DNA of 64,000 nt from the human T2T-CHM13v2.0 reference genome, Homo sapiens (GCF_009914755.1 NC_060925.1), one strand, 5' to 3'. Numbered from the stretch's first letter, positions 41,950-56,327 are shown. Notes: a model not told the origin generated them from the sequence alone. A program made the numbers and translations.

Positions 41950-42961
41950 ATGGTTTTTGTTTGTTTGTTTTACAAAAAGTTATGTACATGCATAGAAAGA
42001 ATATTTATAGAAACATTATCTTTGGGTGGAGGAATTACAGATGATTTGAAATTTTTGTCCTTGTTTTGGATCATTTCCAGATTTTCCTACAATAAGTAAG
42101 ACAGAAAAAGCCCCAAACTGTGGCATATACATTGAACTTTAGGAAGTGAAATCATATTTTATATTTGTTGGGGAAAATTTCTTTGTAAAGGAGTTCCATG
42201 ATAATCACTCAGTAAAGTGTGGTGGTCATTTGCTCATTTTATAACTCATGATACAGGGCTATATAGGCATGCATTCATTCATCTGTTTATCCATGTTTTA
42301 CATTCTATCTGCTTCCAGAAAGGATCCCGGCAATTCACTTGCATGGTACCCTGAAGTGTGTATGATTGCCTTTCCTGTTCTAAGTGTAAAAGAGAATAAT
42401 ACCTACTTTTCAGAGATGTTGTCAGTACTGAAGACAATATATATGGAGAAACAACAAATGCAATAAATAAGAACTATTATTGATTTAGAGCAATATCATA
42501 ATTAGAAACATATTTATGATTTAGTGTTACTTCACAGCCATTAATAGGATGTTGACTACTATAATATTGATATGTTACATGTTAGAAGAGATGGAGGAAG
42601 GGGCCATCCTGGCAAACTAGATTAGAAGAATAAATCCTGGAGGTCAGTATGGTGACCAGATGGTTCTTACATCTGTGTAAGAAAATATGAAAAAAAGGAC
42701 CTGGTAGCACTTCTTACATGGAGTGACAATCTAACAGAAGGACTTCATTTGCTTTTTATTTCCAGCATCTGGTGCAAATCATTTTACATGTATTTTCTTT
42801 GATCCTTACTATAACCCTATCTATGAGGTAGGTACTATTATTAACTTCATTTCATGTGTGAGCAAGAGGAGGTTTGGAGAAGTAAACTAACCTGTCTAAG
42901 GCCACCAGTTAGGAAATGGCAGAGCCAGGACTTGAACCCAGGCTGACTCTAGAGCTCATTC

Positions 42962-43275
<314 letters not shown>

Positions 43276-44926
43276 TAGAGCTCACCCTCTTAACCACTTC
43301 ATAGATTGTCTGAATCTTGGAATATGGGTCCATAGAGGTCTCCTTCTATTTGATTTCAGGCAGCCTTGGGTTAGCTTGGAGCTCTGGGTCACTCTGAGCA
43401 TGTCTACCCAGGGTGTGCTTCAGAGTCACTAGAAAGTTGAGGGGTTTTGGGATTAGGGATAACGCCAGGGAATCCTGGGCCCTACTTCCACCTTCAACCA
43501 TAATTGATAAAATAGAGAGCTTTTCTCATTTACTTAACTTCTCTTGTCCAGTTTTTGAGTAGCTAGTAACCTATAGGAAAGTGGGTGGGACAGTCACAAA
43601 AAAATGTGTCCTAATGTGATCCTAACCTCACTATGACCTAGTGCTATGTTGTCATTTGCTTAGAGGGGTATGTTGTATAAAATATGATTTAAAGAAAAAC
43701 AAGAACAACCCTAAACCAGTGTGCTTTTTGCCATGAGAAAACAGAATTGGGTGTTTAAAATGAGAATGTGTTCAACGCTAGCTTCATCTTCAGTTTCCCA
43801 GTCTCCCTTTGACACCCCCTCCGTGTGTCATGACCTTTTCCATGACCTTCAGGGACTGGGCCTTCTGACTTATACAAAAGCCTCCTCTTTGGAAAGGATT
43901 TGAACCTTGGAGAGAATTTAAGAGATGAGTTGCCTTTTCCTAGAGCATTTACATTTTAAACTTTATGCTCACTTGTGGCATGAGAGATTCTGTTTCCTGC
44001 TAAAGCAATTTCAGGCAGTAGCAAATAGGTGGGGAAAGAGCTTTACAGGAGGAAATCCTTTAGGGTCTCCCTGTGATTCATGCACACGGTCATCTGGACC
44101 TGCTAGGGATAATTTTCCTCACTTGGTTAGTAATAATAACAACAACTACACACTTATGAGCAGTTGTTCTGCCAGGCATTTGTGGCCAGTGCTTGGCAGG
44201 CAGTATCTTTTTGAACCCTCACACTCATCTGTGAGGACAGTTTCCCTTCATAGATTAAGAACCCGAGGTCCAGAGATGTTATGCAACCTTCCTAGGGACA
44301 CAGAGCTAGTAATAGGTAGAGCTAAGATTTGAACCCAGGTCTTTCCAGCGCCAGACCCTGAATTTGTAGGATTAGTGCCTTCAGGATGACATGGAGGGAC
44401 CTCACTGCCTTGATCTGTTATTTATCAAGAGTCAAACTGGAAAAGGCTGTCAGGGAAACCTCCAGGCTGCATCTTGGGCAAAGATTGGCTTGAAACAGGC
44501 ATTTCCCAAGCCTGGCCTTGGACACCAACTGTAAAAAAAAGGCCATTACTGGTGTTTCCTTGGTTAGTTCTGGGTATAAGTTCTGGATCCTCACTCATCT
44601 CATCTGCACTGACATCCTCACTCACGGCATTTAGAGACTTAACACGCCAGCCTCTGTGTGAGCATTTACCTCTTTCAACCCTCACCATAATCCCACAAGG
44701 AGGCACAGTTCTTTTACCCATTTTGAAGATGAAGAAACACAGTCTCAGAGAAGTTCGGTCACAGTATCACAAGGAGGTAAGTAGCAGAGCTGGGATTGGA
44801 GCCCCGGCCTTTGTGATCCCAGAGCACCAGCAATACCGTCTCGGCCTCGGCTCCTGGGTTATACCCTCTGTCACGCCAAGCCCATCAGCCCGCTTGTGCT
44901 GTCTCCCTCTGTCTGTCCTAGTTCGG

Positions 44927-45011
44927 ATGGAGATGGCGAGTTCTGCTGGCTCCTGGCTCTCTGGCTGCCTCATCCCTCTCGTCTTCCTCCGGCTGTCTGT
45001 GCATGTGTCAG
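44927..45011 (+). CDS. ERMAP: ERMAP signal-peptide exon (join 44927-45011,45246-45593,49520-49636,50212-50244,51638-51670,53381-53401,54513-54533,54632-54658,54750-54776,56997-57712; 475 aa, Scianna blood group, butyrophilin family)
   Basis: MEMASSAGSWLSGCLIPLVFLRLSVHVSG; acceptor at 44921, donor G|GTAGGA; the exons sum to 1428 nt. Confidence 0.97.
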
Positions 45012-45245
45012 GTAGGAGTTTCTGATCCTCTTTCCCTGCCTGGTACATGTGATATTGGCGTCCCCAGAATAAGGAAGCTTGGCTGGAAACATTATGTCTT
45101 TTGGGGTTCTGTTCCCCCGGCCCTGGCAATCCTTTCCAGAGTCCTTCCTGGGCTCTGTCCTTCCCCGGGATATCCTCTTCCTCATCCCTTCCCAAGCTTT
45201 CTCCTGCCGTCCCTCCCAGTTGGCCTTGTCTCTTTTTTTGTCCAG

Positions 45246-45593
45246 GCCACGCAGGGGATGCCGGCAAGTTCCACGTGGCCCTACTAGGGGGCACAGCCGA
45301 GCTGCTCTGCCCTCTCTCCCTCTGGCCCGGGACGGTACCCAAGGAGGTGAGGTGGCTGCGGTCCCCATTCCCGCAGCGCTCCCAGGCTGTTCACATATTC
45401 CGGGATGGGAAGGACCAGGATGAAGATCTGATGCCGGAATATAAGGGGAGGACGGTGCTAGTGAGAGATGCCCAAGAGGGAAGTGTCACTCTGCAGATCC
45501 TTGACGTGCGCCTTGAGGACCAAGGGTCTTACCGATGTCTGATCCAAGTTGGAAATCTGAGTAAAGAGGACACCGTGATCCTGCAGGTTGCAG
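45246..45593 (+). CDS. ERMAP: ERMAP IgV exon
   Basis: 348 nt; AELLCPL...EVRW...EYKGRTVLV...DQGSYRC butyrophilin-type IgV. Confidence 0.98.
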
Positions 45594-46033
45594 GTTAGAA
45601 TGGGTTTGAGGTGCCCAGGGTCATTTGTGGCAATTGGACAAGCTTAATCAGGACCTACTTTGTCTCTCCATGTCTAGACTTTTCTTTCATCTGCAGTGTA
45701 GTTTTTACTTGCCAGGATGGCTCAGCCTTACCCAGCCATGTCCATTGATCTCAGCTGAGGCTGTGAAGCTGGCCTAGGCATTTCTGATAAGGAAGGAACT
45801 CAGACTTTGGAAAACACTGTACAATGCAGGTCCTGGTTAAATAGGGCTTGGAGGCTCAGATAATAGCTTTTCCTCCCTGGGTCATCTTTCTATGCTCCAT
45901 TATCAAGGAACTCATTACATGGCTGTAAAGAAATGTCTTCAAGGGACAGATCCCCTGCTGTGACAGGATTTACTTAATGGGTCCTCTCCTGGGGTTCCTG
46001 AGAAAGTAAAGGGTTAGGAAGGGAGAGATAGTG

Positions 46034-46358
46034 TTTTTTTTTTTTTTTCTTTCTCTCTCTTTTTTTTTTTTTTTTTTTGTTTTGAGATAGGGCCTTGCTC
46101 TGTTGCCCAGGCTGGAGTGCAGTAGTGCAATCATAGCTCACTGTAGCCTTGACCACCTGGGCTCAAGTAATCCTGCCACCTCAGCCTCCCAAGTAGCTGG
46201 GACTACACATACACTACCATGTCTGGTTAATTTTTTTTTTTACTTTTAGTAGAGACAGGGTCTCCCTATGTTTCCTAGACTGGTTTCCAATCCAGCAATC
46301 CTCCCCGCTTGGCCTCCCAAAGTATTGGCATTACAGGTGTGAGCCACTGCACCCAGTT
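46034..46358 (-). mobile_element. Alu (AluJ)
   Basis: Reverse-complement dimer. Confidence 0.88.
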
Positions 46359-46656
46359 GAGAGTGTTCTCAAACTAGCTTCAATATTTAAAAAAAACAGT
46401 TTACTGAAAATCAGTCCACAAAAATCAGTCTACTAATATTTTAAAAAATCAGTCTACCAAACCAAACCCAACTCAACCCAACCCAAACCATGTCTTTGCA
46501 TTTGCTTGAATGACACTGGCTTCACATGGTCACATGCTGATTATCTTTTGGTCATAATTTGAAGTCACACACCATGAAGTGGGGATGAATCAATTACTTT
46601 AAAACACTCAGTAGTTGGTAGACAGACTTTCCAAATTGGAGTCCTTTGGGGTGAAA

Positions 46657-47148
<492 letters not shown>

Positions 47149-47388
47149 GAAAAGTAATTTTTAAAAGGGGACCGAGGTGCCCACAGGAATCTGAATCATG
47201 TGATACAGTTATTGCTATGGGTGAATTTTTAAATGTCTGAGAATAAAGCTAGAGACTGGCTTATCCCATTAGGAGGAGCGTGGGGAGAGAGTGGAGAGAG
47301 GACAAGTTCCATTAACAGCTGCCCCTGTTCATCACAGGAGGCTATGGGGGAAGAGGGCCGTGGCCAGGACCATACCCTGGCAGAGGCC

Positions 47389-47617
47389 CTGCTGGTGTGC
47401 AGATAGGTGGGATGGTTCCCAGAGCCCTGGGCCAAGTGGAGAGAACCTCAAGGCAGGGTACTTCCATCCCTGTCAGAGGCCCACTCTCTGGAAAAAGCTG
47501 GGCTCTTCCAAATAGCAGTGTCTAGCAGAGTCAGGGACAGCACACTGGGGAATGTGTCCTGAACCATCCACAACATGGCCCTTGGCCAAGAGAAGACCAC
47601 AGCTGTGGTCATAACAA
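47389..47617 (+). pseudogene. ERMAP: Decayed butyrophilin IgC pseudo-exon in the ERMAP intron between the IgV and TM exons
   Basis: LLVCR*VGWFPEPWAKWREPQGRVLPSLSEAHSLEKAGLFQIAVSSRVRDSTLGNVS*TIHNMALGQEKTTAVVIT, then a phase-1 A|GTAAAA donor. Confidence 0.92.
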
Positions 47618-48194
47618 GTAAAAGCTGGGGTGGAAACAGGTTTGAAGGCGCTGGTGGTTCCTGAGGAAATTCCTACCCTAGCAGGAACTTTTTGAGGAAT
47701 TTTCAATTTTTTTAAATTCTAAGAATAAAGCATATATATTGTAGAAAATTTGAAAAAAATCCAAAATATTTAAAGGAAACTGAAAAATGGCCTATAATAG
47801 CTTAAATTAGAGAGAACTGCTGCTAACATTTTTGTATCTTTCTTGCAAGACTTTTTTGTATATATGTATCTCTGAGCATGTATGTTTACACATGTGTATT
47901 CTTGTGCCCAGGATATTTTTCCACTTATGATGTCATGAGCATTTGTTTTCTTTGCCCATGTCCCTAAGTAATATGATTTTAAGGGCTGCATAGTATTTTG
48001 CCATGTGGCTATAGAATAATAAAATTAATCAAAGCCCTGTTTCTGGGCATCTGGATGCTTTCCAAATTTTCCTCATATTATAATGAAGGGTGCAATGAAC
48101 ATCTTTGAACGTATTTTGGAAAGTGATTTTGATTTTTTTTTTAATAATGTACTTCTGGCAGTAGAATTAATGGGTCCAAGGGTTCAAACCTTTT

Positions 48195-48338
48195 ACTTAT
48201 TTTTTCTTTTTTATTTATAATAAAGATGAGCTCTCACCATGCTGCCCAGGCTGGTCTGAAACTCCTGAGCTGTAGTGATACTCCTGCTTCAGCCTCCCAA
48301 AGTGCTAGGATTACAGGTGTGAGTCACCACACCTGGCC
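48195..48338 (-). mobile_element. Alu monomer (FLAM-like)
   Basis: Left-monomer reverse complement; a + strand Alu fragment follows at 48368-48476. Confidence 0.75.
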
Positions 48339-48968
48339 TGAACCTTTTAATGATCCTTGAAACGAACTGGAGACCAGCCTGGCCAACATGGCAAAACCTT
48401 GTCTCTACCAAAAAAATACAAAAACTAGCCAGGCATGGTGGCATGTGCCTGTAATCCCAGCTACTTAGGAGACTGAATGCTTTATATGACTGACCTCTTT
48501 AAATCTCTCCAAACCTCAAAGAGATAAGGAGTCCTGTCATGCACACATTTTACAGATGAGGGACAATGGGCTGGGAGGTGCTCAGTCTCCTGCTTTGGGT
48601 CACACAGCATTGAGCAAGGACATACTCCCAGCTTAGGCTCTTAACCACTTCTACCCATAGCCCGCTTCTGCTCGTTTCCTCTCCTCTATTTCCTCTTTCT
48701 TTTCCCCTTTCTCTCCTGCCTAGGCTTCAGGCCTACTGCTGCGGCATCATAGAAATTGCTTTGCCCCCGTGGACAGTGCTCAGGGCAAAGAGGTTGCTGC
48801 CTGCTCTTCTAGAGCAGAGTGAGGATTGACAGGGGTAAACAGGCAGGTGCTCCTGGGAAGACTGGAGGTGTGTAGTGAGGAGAGTGCCTTCAGTCCTCTG
48901 AAGTCCCGGGCTTATTTTTCCATTGAATTATAGGGCAGGATGAGATTGTGGTCAAGAAGTTTGTTTAA

Positions 48969-49364
<396 letters not shown>

Positions 49365-49519
49365 TGAGTTATCAGAGAAGCAAAGAGCCTCTTGGCCGGA
49401 GCTCTCTCCCTAGAGGTGATGGAGAGTGTTGGGATGTGCTGGAGCCGCCTGCCATCTGAGGCATGCCAGAAGCCCTTAGACATCTCCCTGAGGTCAGTCG
49501 TTGGTGGTTTCTGTTTCAG

Positions 49520-49636
49520 CCCCATCTGTGGGGAGTCTCTCCCCCTCAGCAGTGGCTCTGGCTGTGATCCTGCCTGTCCTGGTACTTCTCATCATGGTGT
49601 GCCTTTGCCTTATCTGGAAGCAAAGAAGAGCAAAAG
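49520..49636 (+). CDS. ERMAP: ERMAP transmembrane exon
   Basis: APSVGSLSPSAVALAVILPVLVLLIMVCLCLIWKQRRAK; AG/GT boundaries. Confidence 0.96.
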
Positions 49637-50211
49637 GTAATTAAATGGTAAGGGAGCTCAGGCTGGTGGGAAGTGGGACTATGACTGCTCTGGGAAAGGG
49701 CCAGACGGAAGTAGATGTAGACCTGACACTTGTCCATAGGTTGGGGACACTGCAAGTTGGCTGGGAGAAAACTGGTAGAGCCATGCCCTGGGGACACACA
49801 TTGCAAAGGGAGTTCAATAAACTGCAGAAAGGCCTGGGCAGAGCTGTAAATTCTCATCCTTTGAAAAATAAGAAAATAACCGACTATGCCAGCCTTCTAA
49901 TTAACTAAGAAATGAATTACAGCCCTTTAATAAAGAAATCCAATTATATCCATTGGATAAGACTCTCATAAAAAATGGTCACATTTCACAGGATCTCAGG
50001 GCTGCAAGGGACTTTGAAAGTCACAGTCATGTAATCCAACACTCCTGCCCTTATCTGATGGTTTGAAGACTCTCTAATCCTTTCAAATGCCCGCTTACCT
50101 GTAGTGACAAGGAGTCAGTCCTACTCAGGCAGCTGGGGGCATCTTGGGACACTTGTGCCTGTTAGAAAAAGCCCTTCCTAAGCTGAGCTGGCATTTCTCT
50201 CTCCCTTTTAG

Positions 50212-50244
50212 AAAAGCTTCTCTATGAACATGTGACGGAGGTGG
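50212..50244 (+). CDS. ERMAP: ERMAP micro-exon (33 nt)
   Basis: EKLLYEHVTEV; cttttag| and |gtaagt. Confidence 0.93.
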
Positions 50245-51053
50245 GTAAGTGTTCTTGGCTGGGGGGCAGGGGAGATGTTTCTTTTGTTGTTAATTTCTGT
50301 GCCCCCCATACCCACTAACCTGGATTCTGTTCCTGAAAATTCCATTATCTGCTATCCTTGGTGATGGTGGCAATGTCTAAATCCGTTGCTTCCAGTTTTT
50401 ACTGCCTCTTACTTGTAATAGCTTTGCCTTCCTGTATGTTTAATGATTTTTGCCTGTGAGCTCATTGCTTGATCTTATTCTATGGGAGTCGAGTAGCTTG
50501 AACATGGGGGAAGCTTTTATTTGTTCAACAAATACTTGATAATTATCTACAAAATGCCCTGGACAATACTAGATTCTGGGGATGCAATAGTGAGTAAAAG
50601 CAGACACAGTTTTTGCCCTCCTGGAACTTTCAGTGTAGTCAGGGAAATGAGATGAATTAAATAGTTAACACAAATAAATGTGTACAAAAGCTACACAAGA
50701 AAGCTCCTGGTTCTGTGAAGGCTATGACCAGAATGAACCAACCAAGCTTGAGGGTTGAGGGTATGAAGTTTGTCCTGAAGGACTAGAAGTCATGAGTGAA
50801 GAGGGAATGGAAAACCAGCCACCGCAGAAAGAACAGCTTCAGAGAGAAGCATGGTCGGGGAAAGCAGCACTCACTGGGGAGTTGAGGAGGTGCAGGAGTG
50901 AGGGGAAAAGTGGCAGGGGTGAGGCTGGGGAGTGAGGCGGAGCTGAGCCTCCTGAGGCCTGGTGGGTCACATTCAGGATTTTAGTCATTCTCGTAAGAGC
51001 AGTGGTAAAGCAAGGAATGGGGATATCAGATGTAATTGTGCTTTGAAAAACTT

Positions 51054-51398
51054 GGCCGGGCATGGTGGCTCACGCCTGTAATCCTAGCACTTTGGGAGGC
51101 TGAAGAGGGTGGATCACCTGAGGTCGGGAGTTCAAGCCCAGCCTGATTAACATGGCGAAACCCTGTCTCTACTAAAAATACAAAAATTAGTGGAGCATGG
51201 TGGTGCGTGCCTGTAATCCCAGCTACTCAGGAGACAGACAGGAGAATTGCTTGAACCCCGGAGACAGAGGTTGCAGTGAGTCAAGATCGTGCCACTGCAA
51301 TCCAGCCAGGGTGGCAGATTTTTAAAAAAAATCTGCAGTGAGTCAAGATCATGCCACTGCAATCCAGCCAGGGTGGCAGATTTAAAAAAAAAAAAAAA
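51054..51398 (+). mobile_element. Alu with tandemly duplicated 3' end
   Basis: tgcagtgagtcaagatc...gtggcagattt occurs at about 51272-51322 and 51334-51383. Confidence 0.9.
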
Positions 51399-51637
51399 AC
51401 TAAACAATTCTCTCAGGCTGCAGAGTTTAGTAGAGACCAGAGGGATTAAGACAGGATGTGGGAGACAATTTGGGCTGCCATTTCTGTTGTCCAGGTGAGA
51501 GTTGATTAGAGACCGGATCAGGGAGGTGGAGGTGAAGATAGAGGTGGACAGGTCCAAGGGCAGGTAAAATCAATAGGAATCAGGGATCCTCAAGGCAGTG
51601 GCAAAAAATCTCATTATCTTTTCCTTTCTTCCTCTAG

Positions 51638-51670
51638 ACAATCTTCTTTCAGACCATGCTAAAGAAAAAG
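51638..51670 (+). CDS. ERMAP: ERMAP micro-exon (33 nt)
   Basis: DNLLSDHAKEK; cctctag| and |gtaatg. Confidence 0.93.
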
Positions 51671-53380
51671 GTAATGATATAAAAGAGTAAGGGGTAGGGA
51701 ACAAAAAACACATTCTTTATTTTTCTATGTAAATGTTGACAGTCATTATTATAAGTCTATTTTTATAATACTGTACACACATGCACACATATATCCTCCA
51801 TTGATATTACTGGAATTTAGTGTGCAATGTTAAGGGGCTGTGGAGCTTGTGGCAGTGGGTAAGGAGGTGCCCAGGTCAAAATTCACAGGCCTAGATTACC
51901 ATAAACTCCCTTCATTAGCCTTTCCGCCAACCATTTTAAAAAGAAGTCTACATATTATTGAAAAGTATATTAATGTGGTCATATGGGATATATGGGAATT
52001 TCAAGAATCCACACAACCTTTGCATAGAGAGAGGTGGTATGATACAAAGGAAGGGTCGCAGGCTCTGGGGTCAGTGACACCTCAGATCATTGGTCTGCCA
52101 CTTAGGTTTTGGTTTCCTCATCAGCAAAATGCAGATAACTTCCCCTTACCTGATTGTTTTCAGTGTTAAAACAGGCAACCTTAAAAAAAAATCTGTCACA
52201 GTGCCTGGAACTCCTTTTCCTTATTGCCATTTTGTCTTCATTAATTTGACATTTACTGTGGGCCACTGAGTTGGACACCTTGTTGAAGTCTATCTGGGAA
52301 GACAAGTCACTGGCTCAGATGACTCCAGATTCAATGATGTCAGCGTCTCCTCTCTTCCCTCCTTACATTTCCTCCAAGCTGGTGCAAGTGTGGCGTGTAT
52401 CTGGCAGACACTGGCTGTTCTGCTCAAGTGAAGAGGGAACAGTGTGGGGTAAGGGAGAGGGCCTCTAACTCAGGAGTCAGACAGACTTAGATTGAATCCT
52501 GCCTCCTTGGTCACTTACTAGCTGGAAGACCTTGGGCAAATTTTGTGTCCCTTTGAGCCTCAGACCACCCCCCTATAAAATGGCAATAATAATTCTAGGC
52601 ATCTCACATTATTGAGAGGATTCAGTGCCTACTTCAGTATAAGCACAGCAGACAGTAAATGGAAGCTGTTAGTAGTGGAGATGGTAACAATAAACCATAA
52701 GCTCCTTAGGAGCCGTGTCGTATTCGGCTGCATTGCTCCAATGCCTAATGCCTAACACATGCCCGGCCCTTAGCACAGGGACTGGTGGTGGACTCAGGAT
52801 GTGTAACTTCAATTGTCTAGCAGGGCCAATGCTGGGTAGGGGGAAATGTGGGCCACATGGCCCTCCAGAGAAGCTGCAAGTACTCCCCAGAAACACATGT
52901 CTCATACACATGTCCCCAAATCTTCTGGGACCTCCAATTTGTGAAATTTATAACCTCAGGGGAGTTACTGTAGAGAATAATAAAGCCATATTAACAAGTT
53001 CATGCTAGGCCTTTAGCTAGTTTTACACCTTAGATACCATAAACGGTGGGCTATAAAAGGACAGCAGTGCATACACTCATGTACCGCAGTTACAAACATA
53101 TAGAAACACTCATGCCGACAGCAGAAATGAAACCAGACAGATGAAAAGGAGGGGAAGGGGAAGGAGGAACCAAAGTCCCGGGCAGGCTGGGTCACTGGGA
53201 CAGTGTCACCAGCACCATCAGATTTCTGGGTCTGAACTCTGGGACACGGAGCTGGACTAGGGACATAGAAGCGTCACCATCATTTTAATCTTGTGGGTTG
53301 GAGTGATGAGGCTGCCACAGCTCTGAGGAAAAAGAGGCAGGATCTGATCACTCACTCTTCTCTCTCTTTCTGGTTTTTAG

Positions 53381-53401
53381 GAAAACTCCATAAAGCTGTC
53401 A
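53381..53401 (+). CDS. ERMAP: ERMAP micro-exon (21 nt)
   Basis: GKLHKAV; tttttag| and |gtaagt. Confidence 0.92.
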
Positions 53402-53767
53402 GTAAGTTTTGCTCCTCATCCATGGCACAAGCTCCTTCTGCTGACACTTTTGCTTTGGGATGAGCATCTCAGTTTCACTTCCTGGGGCAGAAGGGAGGGG
53501 GTACTGGTAATTCAAGCCATGGGGACTGGGGCTTTCTTGGCTCTCAAAGGCCTCTTTTCTCAAGTATTCTCTGCTCCTCTTTCCTGCACAACTATTATTT
53601 AGTCTTTAAATGAAAAACGTTTCACCAGGAAGAGATAGATGCATCTCCCATAGGTGAAGCCATCTGGAAGTCCCTTTTATCACCCAGGCATGACATTTCC
53701 TTAGATGGGGTCCAGGAGGACAGGATCCTTATTAAACTGAATATGCTGGAGCAGTACTTCTCCATCA

Positions 53768-54141
<374 letters not shown>

Positions 54142-54512
54142 TTATTACATTGAGAAAATATACATGATCACAAAGTCCAATACTCAGTGATAGTTTTAAA
54201 TGAAGTAATATTTCCTACAACATCTACATAATTTATGTTGTCATTACCTGTAGGTGTGAGATGTGTTATTTATTTAGCCTGCAGATAAGGTTTGGCTCAC
54301 ATAGGAATTTGCTGATCCTCTGCAGTATCTCTGGGGATACTCCCATGGTCCACAGCTGGGATCTACTGCTCTTGCAAACTCTTCTGGGGAAGTTCCAGGG
54401 TATAGCTATTGAGTATCTGTCTGCTCATGGTTGGGATGGGACTGTAGCATTATGGGAGGGCCTCTACATAGAGGCCCTCCTTCTGATTTGCCAAATTGTT
54501 TTCATTCTTTAG

Positions 54513-54533
54513 AGAAACTCCGGAGTGAACTGA
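54513..54533 (+). CDS. ERMAP: ERMAP micro-exon (21 nt)
   Basis: KKLRSEL; tctttag| and |gtaagt. Confidence 0.92.
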   Translation, partial: RNSGVN

Positions 54534-54631
54534 GTAAGTTTCCCATGTTCTTGTAACTTCCGTACCAACTTATCTCCTGTTGCCCTAATATTTGCAGTGA
54601 TAGCTCATTCCCCTTGTTTCTTCTTTCATAG

Positions 54632-54658
54632 AGTTGAAAAGAGCTGCAGCAAACTCAG
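54632..54658 (+). CDS. ERMAP: ERMAP micro-exon (27 nt)
   Basis: KLKRAAANS; ttcatag| and |gtgaga. Confidence 0.92.
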
Positions 54659-54749
54659 GTGAGATGCACTTTCTCCACATTTGACCACCACCCTACAGGA
54701 GTTCTTGATGTCTCTGGTACTTTAATGATCCCCTTTTCTCATTTTTCAG

Positions 54750-54776
54750 GCTGGAGAAGAGCCCGGTTGCATTTTG
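54750..54776 (+). CDS. ERMAP: ERMAP micro-exon (27 nt)
   Basis: GWRRARLHF; ttttcag| and |gtaagt. Confidence 0.92.
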
Positions 54777-56327
54777 GTAAGTTATACCAATCAAATAGGT
54801 CCATATCTCAGAGCACTTCCTCCTTATGGCTTTGTAACCTTAGATTTTGTTCCATTCCTCTGGAATGCAGGTAATTTAAAAATTTTTAAATCAAATCTGT
54901 ATATCTGACTATCAAATTAAAAAAATCTTTGTGATCGATCTTGAGGTCATATTTAGATTTAGAAAGTATCCCCTCTTTTAGAGCACTGATAATATTAGGT
55001 TTGGTCTTCTTAAGGGTTTTCTGTGATTTTTGAGATTTTTCCTATGTTTATCAGTTATTTGTATTTCTTCTTTGTGTGACTTGTCTGTTCCTGTTCTATT
55101 TGGGCTTTTTTTTGATTTGTGAAGACTCTTTCTAGATAAAGTATATTAGCTCTTTGTCATATTTGTCACCATTACTTTTCATTTGTACTTCCTTATAGTA
55201 TTTTTCTGATGCATAAGTGTTTTATTTTTACGTAGTCAAATTCATTCATCTTTTTCTGTGTAGTCTCTTCCATGCTTTCAGGTTTGGGAAGTCCTTCCTA
55301 TCCCACAACCAGATAAATAGCCACTGCTTCCGCCTCTTTCTACACATTTGCTTTTTCTTCTTTCTCTGCAGACCAATTTGCTTAGGGGTGGTGATTGAGA
55401 TTCTCAGAGAAGAAGGGAATGGGTTGAGCAGATGCCCCAACAATATACATTATGAAAAGATTTGCACCTCTCTTTCAATGTATTCCTAAATAGTTTGCAT
55501 TTTTTGCTGCTGTTCAAATGGGACCTGTTTTTTTCACTGCTTTGGGATCCTTATCAATTTTCTAGGCTTTTATCCTCCTCCTGTTCACACCATCTTCCTT
55601 CAGGCAGAGTACAACAAATTATGAGTTGGCCACTCGAGAGAACTCCAGGTCACCTTGGCTGGCATTCTGGGAACTTACAAACCCTTCTGTCTCACATTTA
55701 CAGTCTGGCTTATTGCCACCATCTCAACTGTGTATGGTTTATAGACTTAACTCTCTAAGAAGAAGCTGTTTCCTGTATTTGGGGAAGGAAGGAGACTCAC
55801 TGTGACACTCATAATCCACAATTTTAGGGAAGAATCCTTCTCTCTATATTAACATTTAAAAATAATAATTTCGTCCTACGTACTTGGGAGGCTGCAGTGG
55901 GAGGTTCACCTGAGGCCAGGAATTCAAGGCTGTAGTGTGTTATGACTGCATGCCCATGAATACCTACTGCATTCCATCCTGGGAAACATAGTGAGACCCT
56001 TCCTCAAATAAAATAAAATAAAGCAGATAATTATAAGTAATAATTTTAGGTGACAGAATGAATATCATGCACTCACTGTAGGAATGAGGCACTATATCAT
56101 TAGTTCATCAAGTCTGCACAATAGCTCTACAACACAGGTTCTGTTACTATTTCCATTTTACAGATGAGGAAACTAAGGTTCAGAGATGAGTAACAAGCCC
56201 AAGGTCACATAACTAGCATGTGGCAGAGCTGGGATTCAAACATGCTATGTGGCTACAGGATCTAACAACAAACCCTGTATTTATCATCACACATTTGATT
56301 ATTTTGGAACATCAAAGACAAATGTGG

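Noticed and set aside
43831-43848. TGACCT-N6-TGACCT nuclear-receptor-like direct repeat
   Set aside because: A single motif with atypical spacing and no supporting context.
44474-45598. 183-aa and 165-aa + strand ORFs and 191/132-aa antisense ORFs
   Set aside because: Explained by the ERMAP signal-peptide and IgV exons with intron run-in, and by their antisense shadows.
47291-47515. 74-aa ORF listed in the track
   Set aside because: Wrong frame; the meaningful signal is the stop-interrupted IgC frame at 47389-47617.
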